Source: a virus
Lineage: Duplodnaviria > Caudoviricetes
Length of the DNA stretch: 64,000 bases
Direction: 5' to 3' (one strand)
IMG/VR virus record: IMGVR_UViG_2877794441_000002
Span: 2,912-66,911 of that record
Part shown: positions 17,997 to 27,074 of the stretch, in pieces
Layout: the number at the start of each line of letters is the position of its first letter
How positions within the stretch are numbered: the stretch's first letter is position 1
Position numbers and translations under genes: made by a program
The notes under the pieces: generated by a model
What the model was told of the DNA's origin: nothing
The model's database searches: none
What the model saw: only the letters and a program-made list of their open reading frames with translations

Positions 17997-19368
17997 GCCC
18001 TACAACCTCGAGGCTGAACATAGCCTGCTCGGTGCCATGCTCCTCCGTCCGGAACTGATCGACGTTCTCTCCGACGATTTATCGGCGGAGTCGTTCTACT
18101 TCGCTGACAATGCCGAAGTCTTCCGAGGGATTATGTCGGTGCGCTCCACGGGTCGCTCCGTGGACTTCCTGACTGTGGCCGATCACCTGGGCACGTTGTC
18201 CTCAGGTGATAGCGCACTGGCGTATTGCGCTGAGATCGCCAAGAACACCCCCAGCGTTGCCAACTCAAGCGAGTATGCCCGGATCGTCAGGGAGCGCGCC
18301 GTGGAGCGGGCTCTGTATGACCTGAGTGACCGAACGCTGGAGATCGCCCAGAGTGGCGGCGACATCCAAGACAAGATCGCGGCCGTGCAAGCAGCTGCCA
18401 TGGCGATCGACACTGGCACCGATGGTGATGAGATCGCTAAGGCTGGTGATCTGATGGCCGAGCAACTGGAGGTCTGGCAGGAGCGGCATGACCGCCTGTC
18501 ACGCGGTGAAACGTTGATTGGCCTGTCCACCGGCTTAGTTGACCTCGACGAGAAACTGGGTGGACTGCAGCCCGAACAGCTGATCGTAGTGGCCGGCAGG
18601 CCTGCTATGGGCAAAACCACGCTCGCCATGGGGTTTGTGCTGGACGCTGCGGTTCGCCAGAAAAAGTCCGCCTTGGTCATCAGCCTGGAAATGAGCAAGG
18701 CTCAGCTCATTGATCGAGCCACTGCGGCAGAAGGGAAGATTCCGCTCAACCTCATCAAAAACGGTTCTGCCTGCCAGTCTCACGGAGCGGAACTGTGCGC
18801 GGCAGTCGGCAAGATCCAGCACGCAAACCTATTCATCGCAGACCGCGCTGGCGCCACGGTCGGCCGCATTCGCTCGATGGCTCGCCGACACAAGATGCGC
18901 TATGGGCTCGACATCCTGATGATCGATTACCTTCAGCTGATGGAAGGCGAGGGTGGCAATCGCACTGAAGAGGTCAGCGGCATAAGTCGCGGATGCAAGT
19001 TACTTGCGCGCGAGCTCGGCATTCCGGTTGTGCTGCTCAGCCAGCTTTCTCGCAAGTGCGAGGAGCGCCCAAACAAGCGCCCGGTGCCCTCTGATCTTCG
19101 TGAATCGGGCGCAATTGAGCAGGACGCAGACGTCATCCTGTTCGTCTACCGCGATGAGGTTTACCACGAAGACAGCGAGCTCAAAGGCATCGCCGAAATC
19201 ATAGTGGGGAAAGGTCGAGACATTGAGACCGGAACCGTACGCGCGGCGTTCTTGGGGCAGTTCAACCGTTTCGAAAACCTCTCCGCGAGCTGGCAGCCTC
19301 CCGCCAAAGTGCCTGCGCCCGAGCGATCCCTGAGATCCAGGTATGCCCAGCGAGGAGCCACCGCATGA
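17989..19368 (+). CDS. dnaB: Replicative DNA helicase
   Basis: AGRPAMGKT, IDYLQL, LSQLSR, DLRESGAIEQDAD. Confidence 0.95.
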   Translation: MREPYNLEAEHSLLGAMLLRPELIDVLSDDLSAESFYFADNAEVFRGIMSVRSTGRSVDFLTVADHLGTLSSGDSALAYCAEIAKNTPSVANSSEYARIVRERAVERALYDLSDRTLEIAQSGGDIQDKIAAVQAAAMAIDTGTDGDEIAKAGDLMAEQLEVWQERHDRLSRGETLIGLSTGLVDLDEKLGGLQPEQLIVVAGRPAMGKTTLAMGFVLDAAVRQKKSALVISLEMSKAQLIDRATAAEGKIPLNLIKNGSACQSHGAELCAAVGKIQHANLFIADRAGATVGRIRSMARRHKMRYGLDILMIDYLQLMEGEGGNRTEEVSGISRGCKLLARELGIPVVLLSQLSRKCEERPNKRPVPSDLRESGAIEQDADVILFVYRDEVYHEDSELKGIAEIIVGKGRDIETGTVRAAFLGQFNRFENLSASWQPPAKVPAPERSLRSRYAQRGATA

Positions 19369-19583
19369 CTGACCCAATGCACCTGCCGCCCAAGCTTCCC
19401 GAGTATCGCTGGGCGCTGTATTGCCGCAGTGACCTTCTGGATCTTGCCCACGAGCCAGCCCAACCGATGGCGCTGTATCGCGACGAGCAGGCAGCTCGCA
19501 GCCATGGCCAATGCATGTGGCCTAACACCTTCCGCGTCATTGATCTTCATGGAGAAGACAGCCCATGCGGCAATCAAAACTGA
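19365..19583 (+). CDS. Hypothetical protein
   Basis: Coupled ORF in the nin-like operon. Confidence 0.6.
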   Translation: MTDPMHLPPKLPEYRWALYCRSDLLDLAHEPAQPMALYRDEQAARSHGQCMWPNTFRVIDLHGEDSPCGNQN

Positions 19584-19861
19584 CCAAGGCCGCACGCGGC
19601 CGCGAATGCCAGGTGCGTATTCCTGGCGTATGCAACGGCAACCCCGAGACCACCGTCCTTGCGCACTACCGCCTGGCGGGCACCTGCGGCGTCGGCAAGA
19701 AGCCGCACGACCTGCAAGGCGCCTGGGCTTGTAGCGCTTGCCACGATGTCTGCGATGGGCGCAGCAAGAGCGTGGATCGGGACACTGCTCGTCAATACCA
19801 CGCCGAGGGCGTGATGCGTACTCAGGCGCTCTTGCTGGCTGAGGCGGTGGTTACCGCATGA
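19565..19861 (+). CDS. DUF1364/YbcO-like putative nuclease
   Basis: ARGRECQVRIPGVCNGNPETTVLAH...ACSACHD. Confidence 0.88.
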   Translation: MRQSKLTKAARGRECQVRIPGVCNGNPETTVLAHYRLAGTCGVGKKPHDLQGAWACSACHDVCDGRSKSVDRDTARQYHAEGVMRTQALLLAEAVVTA

Positions 19862-20283
19862 GCGCTCCTGCCCTCCGTCCGGACAAGCCCGGAAAACCAA
19901 GAGCCAAGCGCATCGATCGCGAAGGGTTAGAGCAGGCCGCCCTGATGAAAGAAATCGAGCTTCGATATCCCGAGGTGTTCGCAAACTTGCATCACACCCC
20001 TAACGGCGGACTGCGCAACAAGTCCGAGGCGATTCGCCTCAAAGCTCAGGGTACCAAGGCTGGCATTCCAGACCTCCAGCTGACCATGGCGAGAGGCGGC
20101 TACTTCGGCCTGTTCATCGAGTTTAAGGCCACTGTGAAGCCGGCGCCCATATCCCCCGAGCAACAGGCCTGCATTGGCCGGCTGAACGATCAAGGCTACC
20201 TGGCTGTTGTGTGCCGTGGGCATTTCGACGCCATGGAGTGCCTGAGAGCCTACCTGGCTCTTCCCGTCACGGTGGCTGCATGA
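19858..20283 (+). CDS. VRR-NUC domain nuclease
   Basis: HTPNGG...GIPDL...LFIEFK...SPEQ. Confidence 0.85.
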   Translation: MSAPALRPDKPGKPRAKRIDREGLEQAALMKEIELRYPEVFANLHHTPNGGLRNKSEAIRLKAQGTKAGIPDLQLTMARGGYFGLFIEFKATVKPAPISPEQQACIGRLNDQGYLAVVCRGHFDAMECLRAYLALPVTVAA

Positions 20284-21578
20284 GCGCGACCCGGGAAGTG
20301 AAACTGAGCGAGGCCGAGGTTCGCCGGCAGGCCGCCGACAAGTCGGTGCGCGATCTGCGCGACCCGCGTCACCCGGGTCTGTACCTGCGTTTCTGGAGCA
20401 ACCGCGAGCGTGGCACCTGGCACCTGGTACGCGGAAAGAAGTGGGTACCGGTCGCCCGCTGGCCAGAACTTAGCGTTGCGGCAGTGATTGCCGAGCTGCC
20501 TGCCTTGCGTCAGCGCCTGCTGCGCTCGCCAGCCACCGCGCCTGTGGTATCGGGCATGGCCACCGTGGGTCAGCTGCTCGACTGGTACGGCGACCGCATG
20601 GCGCGCGACCGATCGCTGTCGGCCAAGCGCAAGGCAGGCGCTCGTTCCGCCATTGCCCAGCACCTTAAGCCGTGCCTGGATGACCTGGCCGTGTCCGCCG
20701 TGAATGCCGATGCAGTGGACAAGCACCTGATGTGGCCGTGCCAGGCCGAGGTGTCGCTGTCCTACCTGCGGCAGATGTTTGCGCTGCTGCTGACCGCCTT
20801 CCGCCAAGCCCTGCAGCTGGGCCTGATCGATAGCAACCCGATGGCCGGGATGCGCTTCAACGACTTCACCAAGGCCAAGATCCTGCCCAAGGCGGCTCGA
20901 CTGCGTGACGTGCAGTTGCCAGACCTGATGCAGCAACTGGCCCAGGCCTTCGAAGCTGCCCCGGGTGACGCCCTGCTGGCCCTGATGATGCTGGCCCACG
21001 GCACCCGGATCGGTGAGACCCGCATGGCGCGCTGGAACGAGATCTCGCTGGCGGCTGCCGAGTGGTTCATCCCCGCGGCCAACGCCAAGACCCGAACCGA
21101 ACACCGCCTGCCGCTGACCGCCCAGGTCCAGGCACTGCTGACCCGGTACCGGGCCATCCAGCAGGCCGGCGGCTACGAGGGTGTGTATCTGTTCCCGAAT
21201 CGCCGTGGCCTGTGCCTGAGCGAGACGCAGGCCAGCAACGTGTTCAAGCGTCTCGGTCAGGGCGAGTGGACCAGTCACGACCTGCGCAAGGTCTCCCGCA
21301 GCACCTGGACCGACCTCGGCATCGACGGCCACATCGGCGAGATGCTGCTGAACCACAAGCTGGGCAAGATCGCCAGCACCTACATCCACACCCAGGCCGT
21401 GCAGCAGCGCCGTGCCGCGCTCGAGAAGTGGCACGCCTGGCTTGATCGTATCGGCTTCGCAGCCATCCACGGCCTTACCAAGGCCTTATTTGAAATTTCG
21501 CAGAATTCGCCCGAGGCCACAGCAGCCGTGGCGCCGCGCGACCTTACCGCATTTGTAATTAGCGAGGATTCGAAATGA
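20280..21578 (+). CDS. Tyrosine recombinase (integrase family, arm-binding N-terminus) inside the nin region
   Basis: GTRIGE, NAKT, HDLRK, LNH, TY catalytic residues all present. Confidence 0.9.
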   Translation: MSATREVKLSEAEVRRQAADKSVRDLRDPRHPGLYLRFWSNRERGTWHLVRGKKWVPVARWPELSVAAVIAELPALRQRLLRSPATAPVVSGMATVGQLLDWYGDRMARDRSLSAKRKAGARSAIAQHLKPCLDDLAVSAVNADAVDKHLMWPCQAEVSLSYLRQMFALLLTAFRQALQLGLIDSNPMAGMRFNDFTKAKILPKAARLRDVQLPDLMQQLAQAFEAAPGDALLALMMLAHGTRIGETRMARWNEISLAAAEWFIPAANAKTRTEHRLPLTAQVQALLTRYRAIQQAGGYEGVYLFPNRRGLCLSETQASNVFKRLGQGEWTSHDLRKVSRSTWTDLGIDGHIGEMLLNHKLGKIASTYIHTQAVQQRRAALEKWHAWLDRIGFAAIHGLTKALFEISQNSPEATAAVAPRDLTAFVISEDSK

Positions 21579-21862
21579 AGAATGACGACAAAATCCGCGC
21601 CGAGTTCGAGCGCTGCTTCCCGGTCCCAGATGGCATCAAATGGGACCTGGCAGTGGGCGATTACGTCGTGACTTGCAAGGGCTGCTGGATGGCTGCCGAG
21701 GAAGCGGTCTTCCAGGCCCGCCGGGAGGGCTGGTGGGCATCCCGTGAAGCGCTGCGCGTCACCAATCCGTTCCCCGTCCAGATGGGCGACCCGGACGCGG
21801 CTTGGGCGCGAGAGGTGGCCGAGAAGTCGCTGCGGGCCCAGGGCCTGAAGGTGGTCGGCTGA
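21575..21862 (+). CDS. Hypothetical protein
   Basis: Coupled ORF. Confidence 0.7.
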   Translation: MKNDDKIRAEFERCFPVPDGIKWDLAVGDYVVTCKGCWMAAEEAVFQARREGWWASREALRVTNPFPVQMGDPDAAWAREVAEKSLRAQGLKVVG

Positions 21863-22176
21863 TGAAGAAGCACGGCCCAGCCTTCAAGAAGGCCGTGATC
21901 GAGCTGGACGAGTGCCCTTTGTGCCGTGGGAGAGCGGTCACTCAGGGTGTGTTTCACGAACTGCCATGCGACCACTGCAATGCCTCAGGCTGGGTGGTGG
22001 CTGCAACTGGCGAGGCCCTGGCCCTGGATGAACTGGTGACCCAGCTCAGCATGAGGCTTAGGACAGCGCACCGGCAGATCGAGCAGTTGAAGAACCCTCA
22101 GGCATCCGGGCCTGAGGCTACATATCAGGGAAGCAACCGGCGCGGCGCCGGCGGCACCAACTACACCGGTGATTGA
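21862..22176 (+). CDS. Zn-finger hypothetical protein
   Basis: CPLCRG...CDHCNASG. Confidence 0.75.
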   Translation: MKKHGPAFKKAVIELDECPLCRGRAVTQGVFHELPCDHCNASGWVVAATGEALALDELVTQLSMRLRTAHRQIEQLKNPQASGPEATYQGSNRRGAGGTNYTGD

Positions 22177-22188
22177 GGGGGAAGGACC

Positions 22189-22875
22189 ATGAAAGTAATC
22201 AGCGCTCGCCAAGCATGGCACGACGCACTACACGAAGATCGCCCTTCGGCCCTGGCCGTTGCGGCAGAGGCCGCCATTCTCGGCAAGAAGGGCGGGCCAG
22301 GTGAGGTCAAGGTAATGGTGATGCTGGAAAACCATGACGGTAAAGAGGTTGCCAAAGTCTACGAAATTCGCACCGAGGGCGTGCACGAAACTCGCTCAGG
22401 ACGCCGCCTTACTGATGCTCGCTGCGCTCACATGCTTGCCGCTGGCCTAGTGCTGGTGGCCATCGATTCGCTGCCGAAGTCGCTGCGCCACCTGGGCAAC
22501 TTCATGTACTCGCCGGTTGCAACTGGAAACGACCTTAGCATCGCCCATGGTCTGGTTTGGCTGGGCAGCGGGCTTGAATCGCTGACTGATCGCAAGAAGC
22601 AGCGGGCCTACTGGATGGCGATGGCTGCTCTGCAGTCCCACAAGATGCTTGTGAACGGGGGCGAGGGGATGGGGCCAGGCGCCGTGTGCATGCTCGTTGA
22701 AGATCGTACAGGCGAGAAGATGAATCCGCACAACTGGGCTCGGGATTGGCAGGTGATCTGGGATGCGCTTTGCAGTCACGTCGACAAGCTGGATAAGCAG
22801 GCGCTGAAGCCAGTTGCCGCAGTGGTTCAGCGCCTCCGTGATCGCGGCGAAAATCAGAGCGAGAAAGCCGCTTGA
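22189..22875 (+). CDS. Probable late antiterminator Q
   Basis: Last nin-region gene, immediately followed by a promoter and terminator; positional inference. Confidence 0.55.
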   Translation: MKVISARQAWHDALHEDRPSALAVAAEAAILGKKGGPGEVKVMVMLENHDGKEVAKVYEIRTEGVHETRSGRRLTDARCAHMLAAGLVLVAIDSLPKSLRHLGNFMYSPVATGNDLSIAHGLVWLGSGLESLTDRKKQRAYWMAMAALQSHKMLVNGGEGMGPGAVCMLVEDRTGEKMNPHNWARDWQVIWDALCSHVDKLDKQALKPVAAVVQRLRDRGENQSEKAA

Positions 22876-22972
22876 CGTTTTGAGGAGTGTTCTGGCACTA
22901 TTTCGCCATCGTGATAATTTCGCCTTTGGCGAAAAACATTAATGGACCCGGCCAGTGAGCCGGGTTTTTTAT
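22872..22972 (+). promoter_or_regulatory. pR'-like promoter and tR'-like terminator
   Basis: TTGACG...CACTAT; ACCCGGC-CAGTGA-GCCGGGT TTTTT. Confidence 0.7.
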
Positions 22973-23056
22973 TGAGGCAAACTTAGACTCAGCCGACGCG
23001 GAGCCTTGAAATCGCCGTCTAAGCCCATACATTGAGTGCGGGTGATAAGGAGACTC

Positions 23057-23521
23057 ATGATGAGCGAAGCGTTGAAGATAGGTGATGTTGTACGCTACAA
23101 GCTGGACGGGCGTTTAATGACGGTGGTTGACGCGGGGCCGGTTGCCGTTGGCCGCTCTATGGGCGCGGCTTCGGGCGGTGTGTCTCACTCCCTGCCAATG
23201 AGTGAAGCCCATGTGAAGTGCAAGTGGTTTGACAAGGCAGCGCTTGAATCGAAGGTCATGAAGAAGATCGATCTTGAGTATGTGCGATCGTCGGACCACT
23301 TTGCCCCACAGGAAGGGGACGCGGTGCAATTGGCTTCGGGCGGGCCTCGCATGATCGTTGATCGTTGCGGGCCGAAAGATTTCAGTACGATTATTGGGTT
23401 TGGTGGTGGTATAGCCAGGACACCGAGCAACATTCGCCATGATCTGACTGGTTGCAAGTGGGTGAACGGTAAGAAAGAGGGACGTGGCGAGTTCGAAATT
23501 GGCTCGCTAATCCCTCTGTAG
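23057..23521 (+). CDS. Moron with two tandem YodC/DUF2158-like domains
   Basis: KIGDVVRYKLDGRLMTV...CKWF and EGDAVQLASGGPRMIV...CKWV. Confidence 0.7.
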   Translation: MMSEALKIGDVVRYKLDGRLMTVVDAGPVAVGRSMGAASGGVSHSLPMSEAHVKCKWFDKAALESKVMKKIDLEYVRSSDHFAPQEGDAVQLASGGPRMIVDRCGPKDFSTIIGFGGGIARTPSNIRHDLTGCKWVNGKKEGRGEFEIGSLIPL

Positions 23522-23540
23522 AGGATTCGTGTAAATCTGA

Positions 23541-23567
23541 GCCCTGGCATTTGCCGGGGCTTTTTTA
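23541..23567 (+). terminator. Intrinsic terminator
   Basis: GCCCTGGCATTTGCCGGGGC TTTTTT. Confidence 0.7.
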
Positions 23568-23580
23568 TGGAGCAGTGCTT

Positions 23581-23955
23581 ATGGCCGAGCCAAGTACCGG
23601 CGCCCTTGCAGTGACCGGCGTACTTGCCAGTGTCGGCCTGGGTGCTGCATTCCCCCAGCTGGATCTCGCCGCACTGGTCGGCGCGTTCGGCGGGGCTTTC
23701 TTCTACGTGGTGTTCGCCAAGGACATCAGTACTTGGCGCCGTGTCGGCTATCTGCTGGCTGGCTGGATCGGTGGCTACTTCGGCGCAGCTGAGCTGATGG
23801 GACGGGCCTGGACCCAGACCGCTGGCTTCAGCGCATTCGTATGCGGTGTGCTCTGCGTCGTCACATTCTCTGGCTTGCTGGAGTGGATGCAGACCGGTCG
23901 CATGCCTACCTGGCTGCAATGGTTCTTCCGTCTGCGCGCCAGGAAGGAGGGTTGA
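23581..23955 (+). CDS. Putative holin
   Basis: Multi-TM protein (GAFGGAFFYV) at the start of the late operon. Confidence 0.8.
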   Translation: MAEPSTGALAVTGVLASVGLGAAFPQLDLAALVGAFGGAFFYVVFAKDISTWRRVGYLLAGWIGGYFGAAELMGRAWTQTAGFSAFVCGVLCVVTFSGLLEWMQTGRMPTWLQWFFRLRARKEG

Positions 23956-24237
23956 ATGGTTGCCGTGATCCAGGCCGCACTCTGCGCTGTCATCTTCGTG
24001 ATGATTGGGCTGCGCTATCGGCCATACCCAGATGCACGGTACAAGCTGAGCGTGTCCCTTATGGCCTGGGCTGCTTGCGCTGTTACCGGCATGCAATGCG
24101 TCAGCCTTGTTGGCCGTATGGTGATGCACGACGATTTCGCCGATGCCTCCTGGTTCAACACTGCGTTCTACCTGCTGGCCGCCATCTTGGTGTGCAGGGC
24201 AAAGGGGAACGTGGCCAAGATCGTGCGGGTGGACTGA
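23956..24237 (+). CDS. Phage holin-family protein (DUF754-like)
   Basis: Three TM segments, RAKGNVAKI C-terminus. Confidence 0.75.
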   Translation: MVAVIQAALCAVIFVMIGLRYRPYPDARYKLSVSLMAWAACAVTGMQCVSLVGRMVMHDDFADASWFNTAFYLLAAILVCRAKGNVAKIVRVD

Positions 24238-24575
24238 TGGCAAGGCTCAAGACGCTCGGCTCCCGCATCAAGGAAAGCCCAGGCTCAAGGGTAAAGGTGA
24301 TGACGCCTGGCAGCTGGCGTAGCGGAATGACCAGCTCTCAGCGTGGTTACGACTACCGATGGCAGAAAGCGCGAGAGCACTATCTCAATGAGCACCCGCT
24401 CTGCGTCTTCTGCGAGCGGAACGGCCGGACCGCTGCCGCAAAGGTCGTAGACCACATCGTTGCACACCGCGGTGACATGGTTCTTTTCTGGGATCAGACC
24501 AACTGGCAAAGCCTCTGCAAGCCTTGCCACGACTCGGTCAAGCAGGCCGAGGAGGCAGCTAGCCTGGGCGGCTGA
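24237..24575 (+). CDS. HNH endonuclease (terminase-associated)
   Basis: HPLCVFC...VVDHIVAHRGD...NWQSLCKPCH. Confidence 0.92.
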   Translation: MARLKTLGSRIKESPGSRVKVMTPGSWRSGMTSSQRGYDYRWQKAREHYLNEHPLCVFCERNGRTAAAKVVDHIVAHRGDMVLFWDQTNWQSLCKPCHDSVKQAEEAASLGG

Positions 24576-24634
24576 GTCATCTGCGGATCGTCGCAATCCA
24601 TCCGAGAAGCATAGAAGCACGCCAGTGACATGCC

Positions 24635-24720
24635 TCGAGAGGGGTAGGGGGTCAAAAGCTAGGGATTCTCATCTAGCTAGACCGCCTCCGACCCCACGTA
24701 GACATTTTTCTCCCCCCTAA
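24635..24720. other. Probable cos region
   Basis: Between HNH and terS; G-rich tract, ACCGCCTCC, C-rich tract as in HK97-like cos sites; exact cut not determinable. Confidence 0.4.
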
Positions 24721-24726
24721 AGGTTT

Positions 24727-25233
24727 TTGTTAATGGTGTTAACAGACAAACAGCGACAGTTTGTTGACGCTAAGGCCCGGGGCGCGTCCAACAAAGAAGC
24801 AGCGGAAGCCGCGGGCAGTAAGCCCTCTACGGCTGCCGCAGCTGGTTCGCGCTGGGCCAATGATCCGAAGATCGCATCCGCAATTCTGGCTCGTAGAGCA
24901 GAGCTCAGTGTTAACCCTGAGCCGAAAAAACGGCGCAGCAAAGCGAAGGCCGATGAAGCCATTGAAGCCCCCGTCGAGATGAACGAGGCCGACGGCGAGT
25001 TCCTGAGTTGCCTGCCGTCAACCGACGATCCGCTGGTTTGGCTGCTCGCACTGATGAATGAGCCACGGGCAAAAGTATTTGACCGGCGTAACGCCGCGCA
25101 GACGGCCGTTCCGTACATCCACGGGAAGAAGGCCGAAGCGGGCAAGAAAGAGCAAAAAGCGGAAGCCGCGAAAGAAGCGGGCAAGGGCAAGTACTCACAG
25201 AGCAAGCCGCCCCTCACTGTCGTCAAGGGGTGA
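24727..25233 (+). CDS. Terminase small subunit
   Basis: LTDKQRQFV HTH, AVPYIHGK; position. Confidence 0.85.
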   Translation: MLMVLTDKQRQFVDAKARGASNKEAAEAAGSKPSTAAAAGSRWANDPKIASAILARRAELSVNPEPKKRRSKAKADEAIEAPVEMNEADGEFLSCLPSTDDPLVWLLALMNEPRAKVFDRRNAAQTAVPYIHGKKAEAGKKEQKAEAAKEAGKGKYSQSKPPLTVVKG

Positions 25234-25236
25234 CAC

Positions 25237-26916
25237 ATGCTTTGGACTACGGCCTGCCCGGACTGGTGGCGGCGGCTGGCTGCGAGCGAATCCATCATTC
25301 CAGAGCCGCTCTTTCCTCAGGAAGCCGAAGAAAGCCTTGAGGTTTTCAAGGGGCTTCGCATCGTCGATGCCCCAGGCAGCCCCACTATCGAGAGCGCATG
25401 TGCACCTTGGGTGCTCGCTTTCGCCGGGGCAGTGTTCGGCAGCTACAACAGCGAGACTGGTGAGCGCCTCATTCGGGAGTTCATGCTTTGCATCCCGAAG
25501 AAGAACAGCAAGTCGACCATTGCTGCTGCGATCATGTTGACTGCGCTGGTCCGCAACTGGCGGAAGTCGGCCGAGTTCATCATCCTCGCGCCGACCAAAG
25601 AGATTGCCGACAACGCCTTCGTCCCGGCCAAGGACATGGTCAACAACGACGAAGAGTTGAAGGACCTGCTGCACGTGCAGCCACACCTTCGGCTGATCAC
25701 TCATCGCGAGACGGGCGCCACGCTGAAGGTCGTCGCCGCTGATAGCGACGTGGTGGGCGGCAAGAAGGCCGTTGGTGTGCTTATCGACGAGGCCTGGCTG
25801 TTCGGCAAGAACCCGAAAGCCGCTGACATGATTCGCGAGGCCACCGGTGGCCTGCTGTCCCGACCTGAAGGTTTCGTCATCTGGTTGACCACTCAATCGA
25901 ACGAACCGCCCGCCGGCGTGTTCCGGTCGAAGCTGAATTATGCCCGCGGCGTGCGTGATGGCCGCATCGACGACAATCGCTTCCTGCCGATCATCTACGA
26001 ATTCTCGAAAGAGATGATCGACAGTGGCGCTGCGCGCAAGCCCGAGAACTTCCACCTGGTGAACCCGAACATGGGGTTCTCGGTAGATCGCCCCACGCTT
26101 GAACGCTTGTTCATGCAGGCTGAGATCGACGGCGAAGCGGAGCTACGTGGTTTCCTGGCCAAGCACCTCAACATCGAGATCGGCCTGGCCCTGATGTCAG
26201 ACGCCTGGGTAGGCGCAGAGTTCTGGGAGCCACAGGCGGCCACCTGGCTCAACCTGGAGCAGATCCTTGAGCGGTGCGAGGTCATTGATGTGGGCGGTGA
26301 CGGTGGCGGCCTGGACGACTTGCTCGGGCTTGCTGTCATAGGTCGAGAGGCTGGTACGCGACGGTGGTTCCACTGGGCGCATGCCTGGGCGCACCCCTCG
26401 GTGCTTGATCGCCGCAAGTCCGAAGCACCCAGGCTCAGGGATCTCGAAGCGATTGGCGATTTGACCATCGTCAAGCGGATCGGCGATGACGTCGAGGAAT
26501 TCGCTGCCATCGTCAAGCGCATCAACGAGACGGGGCTGCTGGACAAGGTCGGCCTCGACCCCGCGGGAATCGGTTCTGTTCTCGATGCCCTGGCTGATGC
26601 CGGTGTCGAGGAAGACAAGATTGTTGGCATTTCCCAGGGCTGGAAGCTCACCGGCGCGATTAAGACGACCGAGCGCAAGCTTGCCGAGGGCACGCTGCTG
26701 CACTGCGGCCAGCCGCTCATGGCCTGGTCGTGCGGGAACGCCAAAGGCGTCCCGTCGGCCAACGCCTTCTTGATCACCAAGCAGGCCTCGGGCACGGCCA
26801 AGATCGATCCGCTCATGGCTACTTTCAACGCCGTTTCTCTGATCAGCCTCAATCCTGAAGGCCGCGGGGGAATGGACAACTTCATGGCAGGCATTCGGGA
26901 TCCACTGATCGCATGA
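25237..26916 (+). CDS. Terminase large subunit
   Basis: IPKKNSKST Walker A, LIDEAW, KIDPLMA. Confidence 0.95.
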   Translation: MLWTTACPDWWRRLAASESIIPEPLFPQEAEESLEVFKGLRIVDAPGSPTIESACAPWVLAFAGAVFGSYNSETGERLIREFMLCIPKKNSKSTIAAAIMLTALVRNWRKSAEFIILAPTKEIADNAFVPAKDMVNNDEELKDLLHVQPHLRLITHRETGATLKVVAADSDVVGGKKAVGVLIDEAWLFGKNPKAADMIREATGGLLSRPEGFVIWLTTQSNEPPAGVFRSKLNYARGVRDGRIDDNRFLPIIYEFSKEMIDSGAARKPENFHLVNPNMGFSVDRPTLERLFMQAEIDGEAELRGFLAKHLNIEIGLALMSDAWVGAEFWEPQAATWLNLEQILERCEVIDVGGDGGGLDDLLGLAVIGREAGTRRWFHWAHAWAHPSVLDRRKSEAPRLRDLEAIGDLTIVKRIGDDVEEFAAIVKRINETGLLDKVGLDPAGIGSVLDALADAGVEEDKIVGISQGWKLTGAIKTTERKLAEGTLLHCGQPLMAWSCGNAKGVPSANAFLITKQASGTAKIDPLMATFNAVSLISLNPEGRGGMDNFMAGIRDPLIA

Positions 26917-27074
26917 ACGCATTTCATATTTTCATCGCCTGCTCAGTGGTCGCTTTCTGCTTGGCATGCGGGGGCGTCTGGATGCTGGCTGGTACCGGCT
27001 GGGCTTTGCTCGCGGGATCGCTGAGCTTTTTCTGCATCGCCGGCTTCATCCGCAGAGGGCTTGTCAGTGATTAA
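26913..27074 (+). CDS. Small membrane protein between terL and portal
   Basis: 53-aa hydrophobic ORF with ATGA overlap. Confidence 0.6.
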   Translation: MNAFHIFIACSVVAFCLACGGVWMLAGTGWALLAGSLSFFCIAGFIRRGLVSD

